Assembly (NCBI GenBank): GCA_030704615.1
Contig: CM060734.1
Coordinates: forward strand, 36,580,001-36,644,000
DNA: 64,000 nt
From: Takakia lepidozioides
Lineage: Eukaryota > Plantae > Bryophyta
Reading direction: 5' to 3'
Part shown: piece after piece, positions 13,308 to 25,300 of the stretch
How the letters are laid out: each line of letters opens with the position of its first letter
Numbering within the stretch: position 1 is the first letter of the stretch
Notes under the pieces: generated by a model
Database searches by the model: none
Seen by the model: only the letters and a program-made list of their open reading frames with translations
What the model was told of the DNA's origin: nothing
Made by a program: the position numbers and the translations under genes

Positions 13308-16300
13308 TCAATAGATAAGTTGTTGAGGCACAAGACACCAAGGGCAGGCCTGAAACTTGTGGATGTAGCTATTCCAATCATTTTTATTGGCAGGCATATT
13401 GCAAGCCTTGCATGTCACACGCAACTGAGAGAGAACTGGATACCCCGTCACACAGCATGCATCGTTCTCCACCTACTCGCAACCCGGATCATGTTTAAGA
13501 GATGCAGTAAACTTGCTTGAACAAGAAACACATTTCTGATGGAGGTTTGGGTCACATAACCTACCTTCTGTTCAGATTGAGAGTCTAGAACATTGCCCAC
13601 AGTCGCAGCCCTCCTTGAGTCTGAATTATGAGTGTTTTGAGGATGGAGATTCTTCAGAAAAAGTACAGATCTCATACATTTAAGAGGAATGATCGTTTTC
13701 TAGGTCCTTACAATTCAGAGAGATAACAGACCCGACTTCCCAACAGGACTGAATTCAGCAAACTGCAAATGGCTCACCTTCCCACTCTCTGTCCAGCCAC
13801 TCTTCTGTTTTTCAAAAAACATGAAATAAACATTTTTTTCCCCTGCCCCTATCTGAGTGCCTGGCTGTCTCTTTGTGCTGTCCTAGGCTACTTCCCAGTA
13901 AAGGCTCGGAGCATATTAACCTTGCATGAGACACAAAGAAGGCTTGCCACATAAATCGAGGTTGCACAGCTCTCACATGGGCGCAGAGGTAATCGCTGCT
14001 CTACCTGTATGTAGTTTTGGACTTTATGAACAACGAGATGTGAGTACCTAGGCATGCAGGTCATTTGCATCTACATTATGCTCCAACTTTCACCCACATG
14101 ACCGAGGACTGAAAAATTTGCACAAAATTGCTTCTTACCCTTTCCATCCATCTATTGGGTGAAAATAAAGTCTTGTGATAGGTAATGATCACCTGTTGAT
14201 CCATGCTGAGTTGAATCACCCAATCACGCACCTCCTCTCTCTTGTACTCTGCAGTTGTGGAACCCCTCAGCTTATCCTATCTCTTAGATGAGGTGGACAT
14301 GGAGACAGAACACCATTTCTGTTTCTCTTGCCAACCATGCCGCAAGATTGGAGGGTGATCTTTTCTAAAACCTATTAAAGTAAAACTCTGTAAAGTTTTA
14401 TAGAAGACCCAAATGAGCATTCTCACTGTGCACTCAGATGTTGGGCTTCAGTCCATCACGGGATGAAGTCTAACTTCGAGGCCTGTTTGCAAATCTCATG
14501 AGAAACTTTTTATTTGTCCCATAGGCTCTTAGGGTGTATGTTTTATAATTTTTCATCGTCACAAACATCCTACAGATGACATTAAAAAAATGTGACATTG
14601 GTTTAATAGCTAACTACATGCTTGCAGAGTACATGGTATTAGGGGCATAGCAGAATGCTCTCTAAATTGCTGTAAATTGGTGACGTTTAACTTCCTACTT
14701 TCTTTTTCCATGGAAAAATCACCATCAGGTCTTACCTTCTAGAAAATGCTGTTCAGGGATTGCAAAGATATGCGGTATGTCACTGTTCTCAAACGCTGTG
14801 TTATCAATTGGGGCCGCTCCCTCTGTATCATCAATGGCCTCGTCTATATCCAAGTAACGATTCAAGAACACAAATGCCATGTTTTGCCAGCCTTGCTGCC
14901 AATATGCCAAGCTTCTGTAAGATTCTCGATTTAAGATTGTACTATCACAAAGTTCTCTTTCGTGAAGTTGAACCCTGACATCAATTCTCAATTTCAAATT
15001 AAAAGAAAATCAAGCCTGGCTTTCTCAAAACCATTTTCATTTGTTCAATCAATTCAGAGCTTGCTTGACTCAAATGAAATACACCGTTTCCTATTATGTC
15101 TCATCATTTGTGTGGGAGACAATGCACAAGTGGTGCACAGACAGAGTACACAAGTCTAGCATCTAGAAAACCCAAGACATCCTCAAGCGGGTTTGTTTTC
15201 TAAGAATATGCAGGAAAGAGGTGGGACAGGAAAAAATTGGGTTGCTAGGTTGCTCCTGAGTCACCTCAACAATCAGACTCAACTTGGATAAATATGGTAG
15301 GTTCTGGTCTTCAAATTTGTCCCCAAAGAGCTCATGGACCAGAGAACCCGAGGTCCTCAGCCGGGCACCAATATTTCATTCATACATCAGTGACAAATTG
15401 TATGAAAGATAAATCAATGTACCCTGGAGGTGTTCACTCCCAGGGATTTGAACCCCATTGCAGCTGGTAAAACTTCGTAAAACTAAGCCTAAACACAACC
15501 TGGTAACAAGGCACTTGCAAGGCAAGAACAAGAGAAAGAAAAAAACAAAAAAATTTCTGATCCTCCTCATGGAAGATCTCCGAGAGAGATTGGGTATCCC
15601 GGAATAGACAGTTGAATCTCCCACAGATCTCTTAGTATAAAGGGCTTATGGGACAAGAGGAAGCAAGAATAAGAAAGAGAGAGGGCCACAAGCAGCCCAA
15701 AAGCAACTATTGCTCAAGGGATTGTCTAAGAGTCAACGAGAGAGGGAGAAGAGAGAAATGAAATGGTAGTTTATAACGTGTGAAAGCTCAAAGAGCTTAT
15801 GGCCTTTGCTTTCCGGTCAAACTAAGCGCGGGGTCAATGGCCACAAGGCTACGGCAAACGACTTCGTATGAGTACATTCTCTCTAGGTCAACAAGCTTAT
15901 CAAGCACGGTGGTGATCCCATGATAGAGACCCTTGGACTTCTCTTTAACCTTATCTGGAGGACTGAAATGATCCCCTTTCACTGGCGACAGGGGGTCATT
16001 GTTAATCTATACAAGAAGGGTGACAGAGAAGAACCAGGGAACTACCGAGGCATCACGCTCCTCAATGCAGTTGGCAAGATATTTTGCAGAGTTATAAGTA
16101 CTTGTCTCGAGGTTGATCTGGAATCTAGAGGTTGTTTCCACGGAGGCCAAGCTGGCTTTCAGCGAAACAGGGGCTGAGTGGATCATATCTTCAATCTAAG
16201 CCAGATTATCCAGGGAAGGAAAAAAGAAGGGAAACCCACTTTTGTTTTTTTCTTGGATGTCAAAAAGGCTTATGACACAGTGTGAAGAGACGGTCTATGG

Positions 16301-19300
16301 CTCCGACACTGGTCATGTGGAATCAAGGGAAAGATGTGGAGAGTTGTCCATAACTTGTATGCTCACACCAAAAGTTGTGTCACTGTTAATGGACATAAGT
16401 CTAACTTCTTTGACATTGACCAAGGTGTAGCTCAAGGATGTACCCTCTCCCCTCTGCTCTTCAATGTTTTCATGAATCAACTCCTCGAGGATGTGGAAAG
16501 TGAGGGATTTGGGTTAAGGGTGGGTGATGCCACCATACCAGCCCTTATGTTTGCGGATGACTTCGCAGGCATAGGGAAGACTCCTTCCAATCTCCAGGAG
16601 TTGATTGATTGTGCGAAGAGATACTTTGACCTTTGGGGGCTAGAGGCTAATGTCAGTAACTGTGCAGTGGTGGCATTCAACGACTGAGGAGAGGGAGGAG
16701 GTGATCTCAAGTGGCAGTGGGGAAGCCAAGAGATTTGGTCCTCCCTTCCTACACATACCTTGGCGTTGAGTTTTCCTCCAACTGTAATTGGGATGCACAT
16801 ATTCAGAAAGTTCTTCATACTGGCAAGCGCAAAGTGCTGGGTCTCACTAAATTTTTCCACTGCAGAGGGATCAACTCTGAGGTCAAGAAAACCATGTTTT
16901 GTCGCGTTATTATTTTCAGTTTAATCTCATTGGTCCACCAATTAACAGCTCTACCGTAGACAATTAGTTGCCTCCCAATGATCTTGTCAGCCACACAGAG
17001 AGAGAGAGAGAGAGAGAACCTGCTTGCATGCCATGCCTGCTTCATGGAAGGCTTTGTCTGCAGGTATTGACCCAATGTAGCGGAGGAGAGAGATACTTAG
17101 TTTGGCTTCCATCACTCCCAGCCCCTGTTGAGCCATAAACCCTCCCAAGTAATGCAGCTGCTGAGTTTCAGACAGTTTCAATTAACCAAATCCTTTAAGA
17201 ACCTGGAAGATAGCAAGCATTCTTTTTATCGCCTAAGACCTCTCACTATGTCTATTCTTAATCAAGGGGCATAGATACAATTCAGTTAAGCACCTCTTGG
17301 CAAATCACTAAGAACCGATTCATATTACACATCAATGTTCTCTCTTTGGTTTACAACGGCTTTATTAGGCCGAAAATAAGTGTAGTATAGGTCTAGCCAT
17401 TGTCTTCATTGAATATACAACAGCAGGAAGACTGAGGGAAGCAGTAAGGTCCAAATTTCACATTTGATCCACATAATGTTAAGATCGCCAACGTGGATAC
17501 AGCTTAGCGAGGGACGTCACCCGGCTAGACCCATGACAGACTGACCCCTTATACAACATTAATGTAACATATATGCTTGATGATCTGTCTTCCACAGATT
17601 TTCATGATGTGAAGAGATGGACCTGGACTCCTGCCATGGCACGCAGCGTTATCATATTCACAATGACCAGCAGTCTCTTCAGCTCCAATAAAACTGCAGT
17701 TATTGGGTCAGACATGCACACACACCCAGAAAGACCAAGAAACTATAATGTCTAGTGGACCTGTAGACACTTCCTAGGCAAATTGGGTCCTCAAAGCTAA
17801 GGACTCTGCCAAAGACTGGAGTTTATTACAACCACAGGAAGCCCCCAAGCAGGTAACGGACAAAAGAAAGAGAAATGAAATGAAATGGTGCTTTATAACG
17901 TCCGCGGAAAGCTCATAGAGCTTATGGGACAAAATGGAAGAAAACATGAGAGAGGAAACAAAAACCCAGAGCCAGAGATAAAAACTAGAGAGAGAAATGA
18001 AATGGTGCTTTATAACGTCCACGGAAAGCTCATAGAGCTTATGGGACAAAATGGAAGAAAACATGAGAGAGGAACAAATCCAGAGAGAAATGAAATGAAA
18101 TGAAATGGTGCTTTATAACGTCCGCGGAAAGCTCATAGAGCTTATGGGACAGAATGGAAGAAAACATGAGAGAGGAACAAATCCAGAAACCACAATTAAT
18201 GTTCTAGCGATTGTCTAAGGGTGAAGGCCTCGTGCAGGTAGGCTGCCAAGCATTTTTGATCCTCATAGTGGAAGACATCAGTGAGAGTTTGGGTTCCACT
18301 GAATAAACAGTGGAATCTCCCACGGATCTCGTAGTATAGAGGGCAGTAGAAGAAGAAGTGTTCTTCAGTTTCAATTTCCTTGTTGCGCCCTAGGCGAGCT
18401 GGACATAGGCGGTCCTCCCGTTGCAGGTTTTCCCATCTGCCAGTCTCTATCCGTAGGTTGTGGGAACCCACCCTGAACCGCCCCAATGCCCTCAGGATGG
18501 AAGGAGATAAGGATGCTGAAAGGTAATTTGGTCTCAAGATTCTATCATCGCGGAGCTCCAAGAATGTCTCTCGATAGAAGTGGAGCTTTGTCGTGAGATT
18601 GGGTAGCTTCCAAGTTCTCTTGACATGTAATTCCATAAGCTCTCTCCTAATGTGTCTGTTGCGGTCATGTCTGGATGTGATGTCCACCTCATCTGGATTC
18701 ATTGGTAATAGGAAAGCAGTAGAAAGTCCGTTACGTTGAAATAAACTGTCCACTCGAGCATACCAGGAGTTCCTGAAACCTGCAGCTTTGAGCCTCATAG
18801 ATGTTGTGAGGGCCCTTGCCACGAGCCCCTTGGGTGGAAGGGCCTGTAATCTACGGAGAAAGATTGTAAGCCGGAAGAGGGCCTCGGATTGCAATGGTAC
18901 ACATGCGAACTCTGCACTTAGGATCTGAGATGGAGTTGTGCTCCTGGTGCCAAGCATTGCTTGGAGAAAAGATGACTGTAATGGTTCCAAATTCTTGTCC
19001 CACCAGGAGACAGGGACACCAGGTGCCCACAACTCACAACCATAGATGGTAGCAGGGCTGACGACGGTGTCAAACAGCCACTTTTTGGTTGGGGGATGAC
19101 GCAGATGTATTTGCTTGCATTTGGCCTGAAGGCGGACGGAGGCCGCCTTACCTCTAGTCAATCTGTCCAAGGCAGTGGCTGCAAAGTGAAACTTGGGGGA
19201 GTGGATAACCAGACCCAGGTACCGGTATGATTTCACAATCTCAATTTCTTGCTGGTTGAAGATGAATCTACGATCAGCCTGGCCATTGAAGACCATGATC

Positions 19301-22300
19301 TTGGTCTTGCTAAGATTGACTTGCATCCCATAGTCTTTGCAGAACTGTTCCAAAATTTTGAGATGGCGTTGCAGGAAGACCAGGGATTGTGCCAAAAGGG
19401 CAACATCATCAGCGTAGAGGAGATCTGATTGTGTTGGTCCCCCATCCAATGGTACCCCAACCCCATGGTTTTTTGATATGTAATTCTCCAAGGCGTCAAT
19501 GTAGATCCCGAACAGGGTAGGTGAAAGGGGGTAGCCCTGTTTGACTCGAATGTTGCTGTGGACCTCGGCTGAGAATTCACCAGCGACGTTGACCATGCCA
19601 GTGACAATCTCATACATAGAAGAGATGGCACAAAGGATGTCTGGAGGGACTTTCACTCTATGGAGCCGTTGGAAGAGAAGGTCCCGAGGAACTGAATCAA
19701 AGGCTTTGTGGAAGTCCACGAAGCAAACATAGACCATTCTTTTGTCATAGCGTGCACTTTCCACCATAACCTGAAGAGTGAAGATGTGGTCAATAGTGGA
19801 TCTGTTGCGACGGAAACCAGTCCCTCAGCACGAATGCGAGAGGACTCAGCCCAATCATCCAGTTCCATGGCCACTACTGCCCCAAACAGTTTAGCAAGTA
19901 AGGAGGACACCATGATAGTACTATAGTTGGTCGGTGCGAGCCTGTCACCGCTCTTGAAGAGTGGGTGGATGATGCTCTTTGTCCACTCTGTTGGAAAGCC
20001 CCGTTGCACTACCTCATTGAAGAGGTTAGCTATAAAAGGGGCTAAAATAGGTGCAGCATGCTTGATGAATTCACTCTGAAGTCCTGAAATGTCCACCGCT
20101 CTGCCATTTTGCACCTTCTTGATTGCCTTACTGACATTGGCCGTAGTAAAGAGAGAGAAGTGAAGGGGTTTAGAGGTTATAGGAGGAGGAAGTTTGGGTT
20201 GGGGAATGGTACAAAGACTGTGCATACTCATGCCAGACGTGAATGTCAGTGATTGGGGGAGGGTCTCTATGAGGTTTAAGGAGGGACCAAAAAGAACGAG
20301 GAGAAAATCTGATTTTAGCAAGGAAAGAAGATTGCAACTTGATAGTGTAGGCTCTCTTTTTGGATCTAATGAGGGACTTATAGTGCTTAAGAGCAAGATT
20401 AGTGGACTCTGGAGAAGAATTGGTATCAAGTAGTAAAGATTTGATGTGACGTCTAGCAGTCTTGCATTCCTCATCAAAAAATGGTGCATACCGACGAGAG
20501 AGAGAAAGTAAGAAAGAAAAACAGACTGGACAACAAAATAAAACGTTCTAACATCCGTGGCGTATGGAACAGAACGGTGGTCAAGGAACAAGAAAAGAAA
20601 TAAGATCTATTGTGCAGTTACTGGGGTAGTGGGGTTTCACCTTGTAAACCCGTATGTCCAGAGCAATTCAGCCCGTTCTGGCGGTATAGTCAATGACTGA
20701 AACAGAAGCGCCGTTTCTGTCTGAACTTTGTGACATGTATTCTAAATTGCGTCTTTATGGGTGAAGCATGAGTGATGATTTGAAACAGGAAATGGCTAAG
20801 AAATTTTGAGCTGTCTAACCAGAAATATCAAAACTGAATACAACTTATCCTGACTTCTCTCTCTCTTATCATCTGCATAATTATGGTCTCTGATCTGACA
20901 TGTCAGTCATACCTGGTTGAACGTTAGCATCACTGGTCAAGCTGAGGGTGTTAACAAGTTGATATAGTATATCCCGGAGTTTCTGTTCCAAATGATAGTC
21001 ATACCATTCAGTAAATACAAAGAAAAATGAAATGAAATAGTACTTTATGGAAAGCTCAAAGGGCTTATGGGACAAGAGGAAGCAAGAAGCTAGAAGGAGA
21101 GAGAGGCCACAAGCAGCCCAAAAGAAACCATTGCCCAAGGGATTGTCTAAGAGTCAGTGATGCTTCATGTAGGTAAGCTGCCAAGCATTTCTGATCCTCA
21201 TAGTGGAAGACCTCCGTGAGAGATTGGGTATCCAGGAATAGACAATTGAATATCCCATGGATGTCATAGTAGAAAGGGCAGTGACAGAAGAATTGTGCTT
21301 TGCTTTTGATTTCTCTGTTGTTCACAGTGCGGGGCATAGGCGATCCTCATGTTGCAGGTTATCCCACCTACCAGGTACAGCCCCTTCATCTTTCCCGTGT
21401 ATTTGTTTTGAGAGAATATGAAGTGAGGGGAGTGGTTGTGAGTTGTGTGTGTGCATTGAGGGCAGTAGAAAAGAATGTGGCTGATAGGTTGCATATTCCA
21501 GTTCAAAGTGTGCGCAGCGCCTCATGTACGTATGCAGCCAGACAGTGTTATCCTCATAATGAAACACCTCTCTAAGGGTTTGGCTGAACAGGCAGTGTAG
21601 CGGCCCCTGATTTCATACAATAGAGCGGATGGTGGGATTTCCCCCAGTCTTAATCTCCTGCCTGTCTTTTCTGACACATAATTGTTCGTCAGATTAGCCC
21701 ATCTGCCAGTTTCTATCCTAATGCTGTACCTGACCAGTGCTTGTAGAAGATATGGAGTGAGCCCTCCCGGATTTTGACCCAGTAGGGATGTGCTGGAGAG
21801 GCCATGTCATGCAAAGAGAGTGGAGACCCAAGCACACCAACATGACTTGGAAACAACTGCTTTGAGTCTCAGGGACACTTGTGGGGAAGAGATCGCAACC
21901 TTGTCAGGAAGACCGAATTGAAATAGTGCTTCGAGCTCAAAAAATGAAATGAAATGGAACTTTATAACGTCCGCAGAAAGCGCAAAGAGCTTATGGGACA
22001 AAAGGGAAGCAAGAAACAAGAAAGAATAAAAGACAAAGAGCGAAGCCAGAAGCAGCCCAATAGCAACTACGGCTCAAGGGATTGTCTAAGGGTCACAGCT
22101 TCATGCAGAAGCTGCCAAGCATTTCTGATCCTCATAATGGAAGACTTCTGCGAGAGATTGGGTTTCACAGAACAGACAGTGGATTCTGCCACGGATCTCA
22201 TAGTAAAGAGGACAGCAAAAGAAGAAGTGCTCTTCAGTTTCAATGCAACGGTTGGGCCCAGTGCAAGCTGGGCATAGGCAGTCTTCTCGTTGTAAGTTTT

Positions 22301-25300
22301 TCCATCTACCAGTCTCGAGCCCACCCTGAATCGCCCCAATGCCCTCAGAAGAGAGGGAGATTAAGGTGCAGATAAGTAATTAGGCCACAGATCACCTGAG
22401 CATACCAAGAAGGCTTGAAACCTGCTGTATAGAGCCTGATAGATTTTCTGAGGGCCCTTGCTGTGAGGCCTGTGGGGTTCAGGGCTTGTAAGCTTTTAAG
22501 AAAGATTGTAAGCCGGAAGAGGGCCTCGGTTTGAAGGGGCACGCATGCAAACTCCGCACATAGAATGTGTGATGAAGTTTTAACCCGAGCACCAAGCATT
22601 GTTTGGAGGAAAGATGACTGCAGCGGTTCCAAATAAGATAATGAAATGAAAATGAAATGGTGCTTTATAACGTCCGCGGAAAGCTCATAGAGCTTATGGG
22701 ACAAAATGGAAAGAAATGAAATGAAATGAAATGGTGCTTTATAACGTCTGCGGAAAGCTCATAGAGCTTATGGGACAAAATGGAAGGAAGAACATGAGAG
22801 AAAATAGGAAACCAGAGTCAGAGAAAAGAAACTATTGTTCGAGTGATTGTCTAAGGGTGAATGCCTCGTGCAGGTAGGCTGCCAAACATTTCTGATCCTC
22901 ATAGTGGAAGACTTCAGTGAGAGATTGGGTTCCACGGAATAGACAATGGAATCTCCCATGGATCTCATAGTATAGGGGGCAATAGAAGAAGAAGTGTTCT
23001 TCAGTTTCAATTTCCTGGTTGCGCCCTGTGCAAGCAGGACATAGACGGTCCTCCTGCTGCAGGTTTTCCCATCTGCCAGTCTCTATCCGTAGGTTGTGGG
23101 AGCCCACCCTGAACCGCCCCAAAGCCCTCAGGAGAGAAGGAGATAAAGAGGCCGAAAGGTAATTGGGCCGCAAGATTCTATCATCCCGGAGAACCAAGCA
23201 AGAATGTTTCTCGATAGAAATGGAGCTTTGTTGTGAGGTTGGGTAACTTCCAGAGTCTCCTGACATGAAAACTCCATGAGCTCCTTTCTAATGAGTTGGT
23301 TGAGGTCATGCCTGGATGTGATTTCCACCTCTTCTGGGTTCACAGGCAAAAGTGAAGCTATAGAGGGTCCATAGCGTTCAAAAAAGGTATCCACACGGGC
23401 ATACCAGGATTGTTTGAAGCCTGCATTTTTGAGTCTCATAGATGTTGTGAGGGCCCTGGCCACAAAGCCCCTTGGGGGGAAGGGCTTGTAACCTATGCAG
23501 AAAATTGTAAGCCGGAAGAGGGGCCTCAGTTTGGAGTGGCACACAGGCGAATTCTGCATTCAATATGTGCGATGGAGTTGTTCCTCTGGCGCCCAGCATT
23601 GCTTGGAGGAAGATGACTGCAAGTGGTTCCAGATCGTTTTCCCACCAGGAAACTGGACTGCAGGTGCCCAAAATTCACAACCAAAAGTGGCATTTGGGGT
23701 GACTACGCTATCAAATAGCCACTTCTTAGTCGGTGGGTGTTGCAGGTGTATCTGCTTGCATTTGGCCTGAAGGCGGATGGAGGCTGCCTTGCCTTTTGTC
23801 AATCTGTCCAGGGCAGTGGCTGCAAAGTGGAATTTGGGGGAGTGGATAACCAGCCCCAGATATCGGTAGGATTTGACTATCTCCACCTCCCCATTGTTGA
23901 GGAAGAATCTGCGGTCGGCCTGCCCATTGGAAACCATGATCTTGGTTTTAGGTTGACTTGCAACCCATAGTCATTGGAGAACTGTTCCAAGGATGTCGAG
24001 ATGGCGTTGTAGGAAGATAGGAGATTGTGGCCAAAAGGGCAAACATCATCCGCGTAGAGGAGATCTGATTGTGTTGGTCCTCCATCCAATGGCACACCAA
24101 CTCCATGGTTTTTTGAGATGTAGACTTCCAAGGCGTCAATGTAGATTCCGAATAGGGTAGGCGAGAGGGGGCAGCCCTGTTTGACCGCTATGGACCTCAG
24201 CTGAGAATTCCCCTGCGACATTGAGAGAGAAAACAGGAAACCAGAGCCAGAGATAAGAACTATTGTTCGAGTGATTGTCTAAGGGTGAGTGCCTCGTGCA
24301 GGTAAGCTGCCAAACATTTCTGATCTTCATAGTGAAAGACTTCAGTGAGAGACTGGGTTCCACGGAATAGACAGTGGAATCTCCCACGGATCTCATAGTA
24401 TAGAGGGCAATAGAAGAAGTGTTCTTCAGTTTCAATTTCCTGGTTGCGCCCTGTGCAAGCTGGACATAGGCGGTCCTCCCACTGCAGGTTTTCCCATCTG
24501 CCAGTCTCTATCTGTAGGTTGTGGGAGCCCACCCTGAACCGCCCCAATGCCCTCAGGAGAGAAGGAGATAAAAATGCCGAAAGGTAATTGGGCCGCAAGA
24601 TTCTATCATCTCGGAGAACCAAGAATGTTTGTCGATAGAAATGGAGCTTGGTCGTGAGGTTGGGTAACTTCCAGGTTCTCCTGACATGTAGTTCCATAAG
24701 CTCCCTTTAAATGAGTCTATTGCGGTCATGCTTGGATGTGATGTCCACCCCTTCTGGATTTACTGGCAATAATGAAGCAATAGAGAGTCCATGGCGTTCA
24801 AAAAAGGTATCCACACGAGCATACCAGGATTGTTTGAAACCTGCATTTTTGAGCCTAATAGATGTTGCAAGGGCTCTGGCCACAAGCCCCTTGTGGGGAA
24901 GGCCTTGTAACCTATGCGGGAAAATTGTAAGCCGGAAAAGGGCCTCAGTTTGCAGTGGCACGCATGCAAATTCCACAGTCAGTATGTGAGATGGAGTTGT
25001 GCCTCTGGCTCCAAGCATTGCTTGGAGGAAAGGTGACTGTTCCAGATTGTTTTCCCACCAGGAAACTGGGACCGCAGGTGCCCGGAATTCACAACCAAAA
25101 GTGGCATTTGGGGTAACAACGCTGTCAAACAGCCACTTCTTGGTCGGTGGATGACGCAGATGTATCTGTTTGCATTTGGCCTGAAGGTGGATGGAGGCTG
25201 CCTTGCCTTGTGTCAATCTATCCAGGGAAGTTGCTGCAAACTGGAATTTGGGAGAGTGGATAACCAGACCCAGATACTGGTACGATTTGACTATCTCAAC

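Noticed and set aside
17880-17945. Self-cleaving ribozyme in the LINE tail
   Set aside because: No hammerhead (CUGANGA..GAAA) core or HDV-like topology visible; treated as a simple stem-loop.
20983-21025. AT-AC (U12) acceptor, or LINE insertion into an exon, before EWYDYHL
   Set aside because: No matching ATATCC donor in the right position; a GC donor at 25756 with the CAG at 20983 explains the junction.
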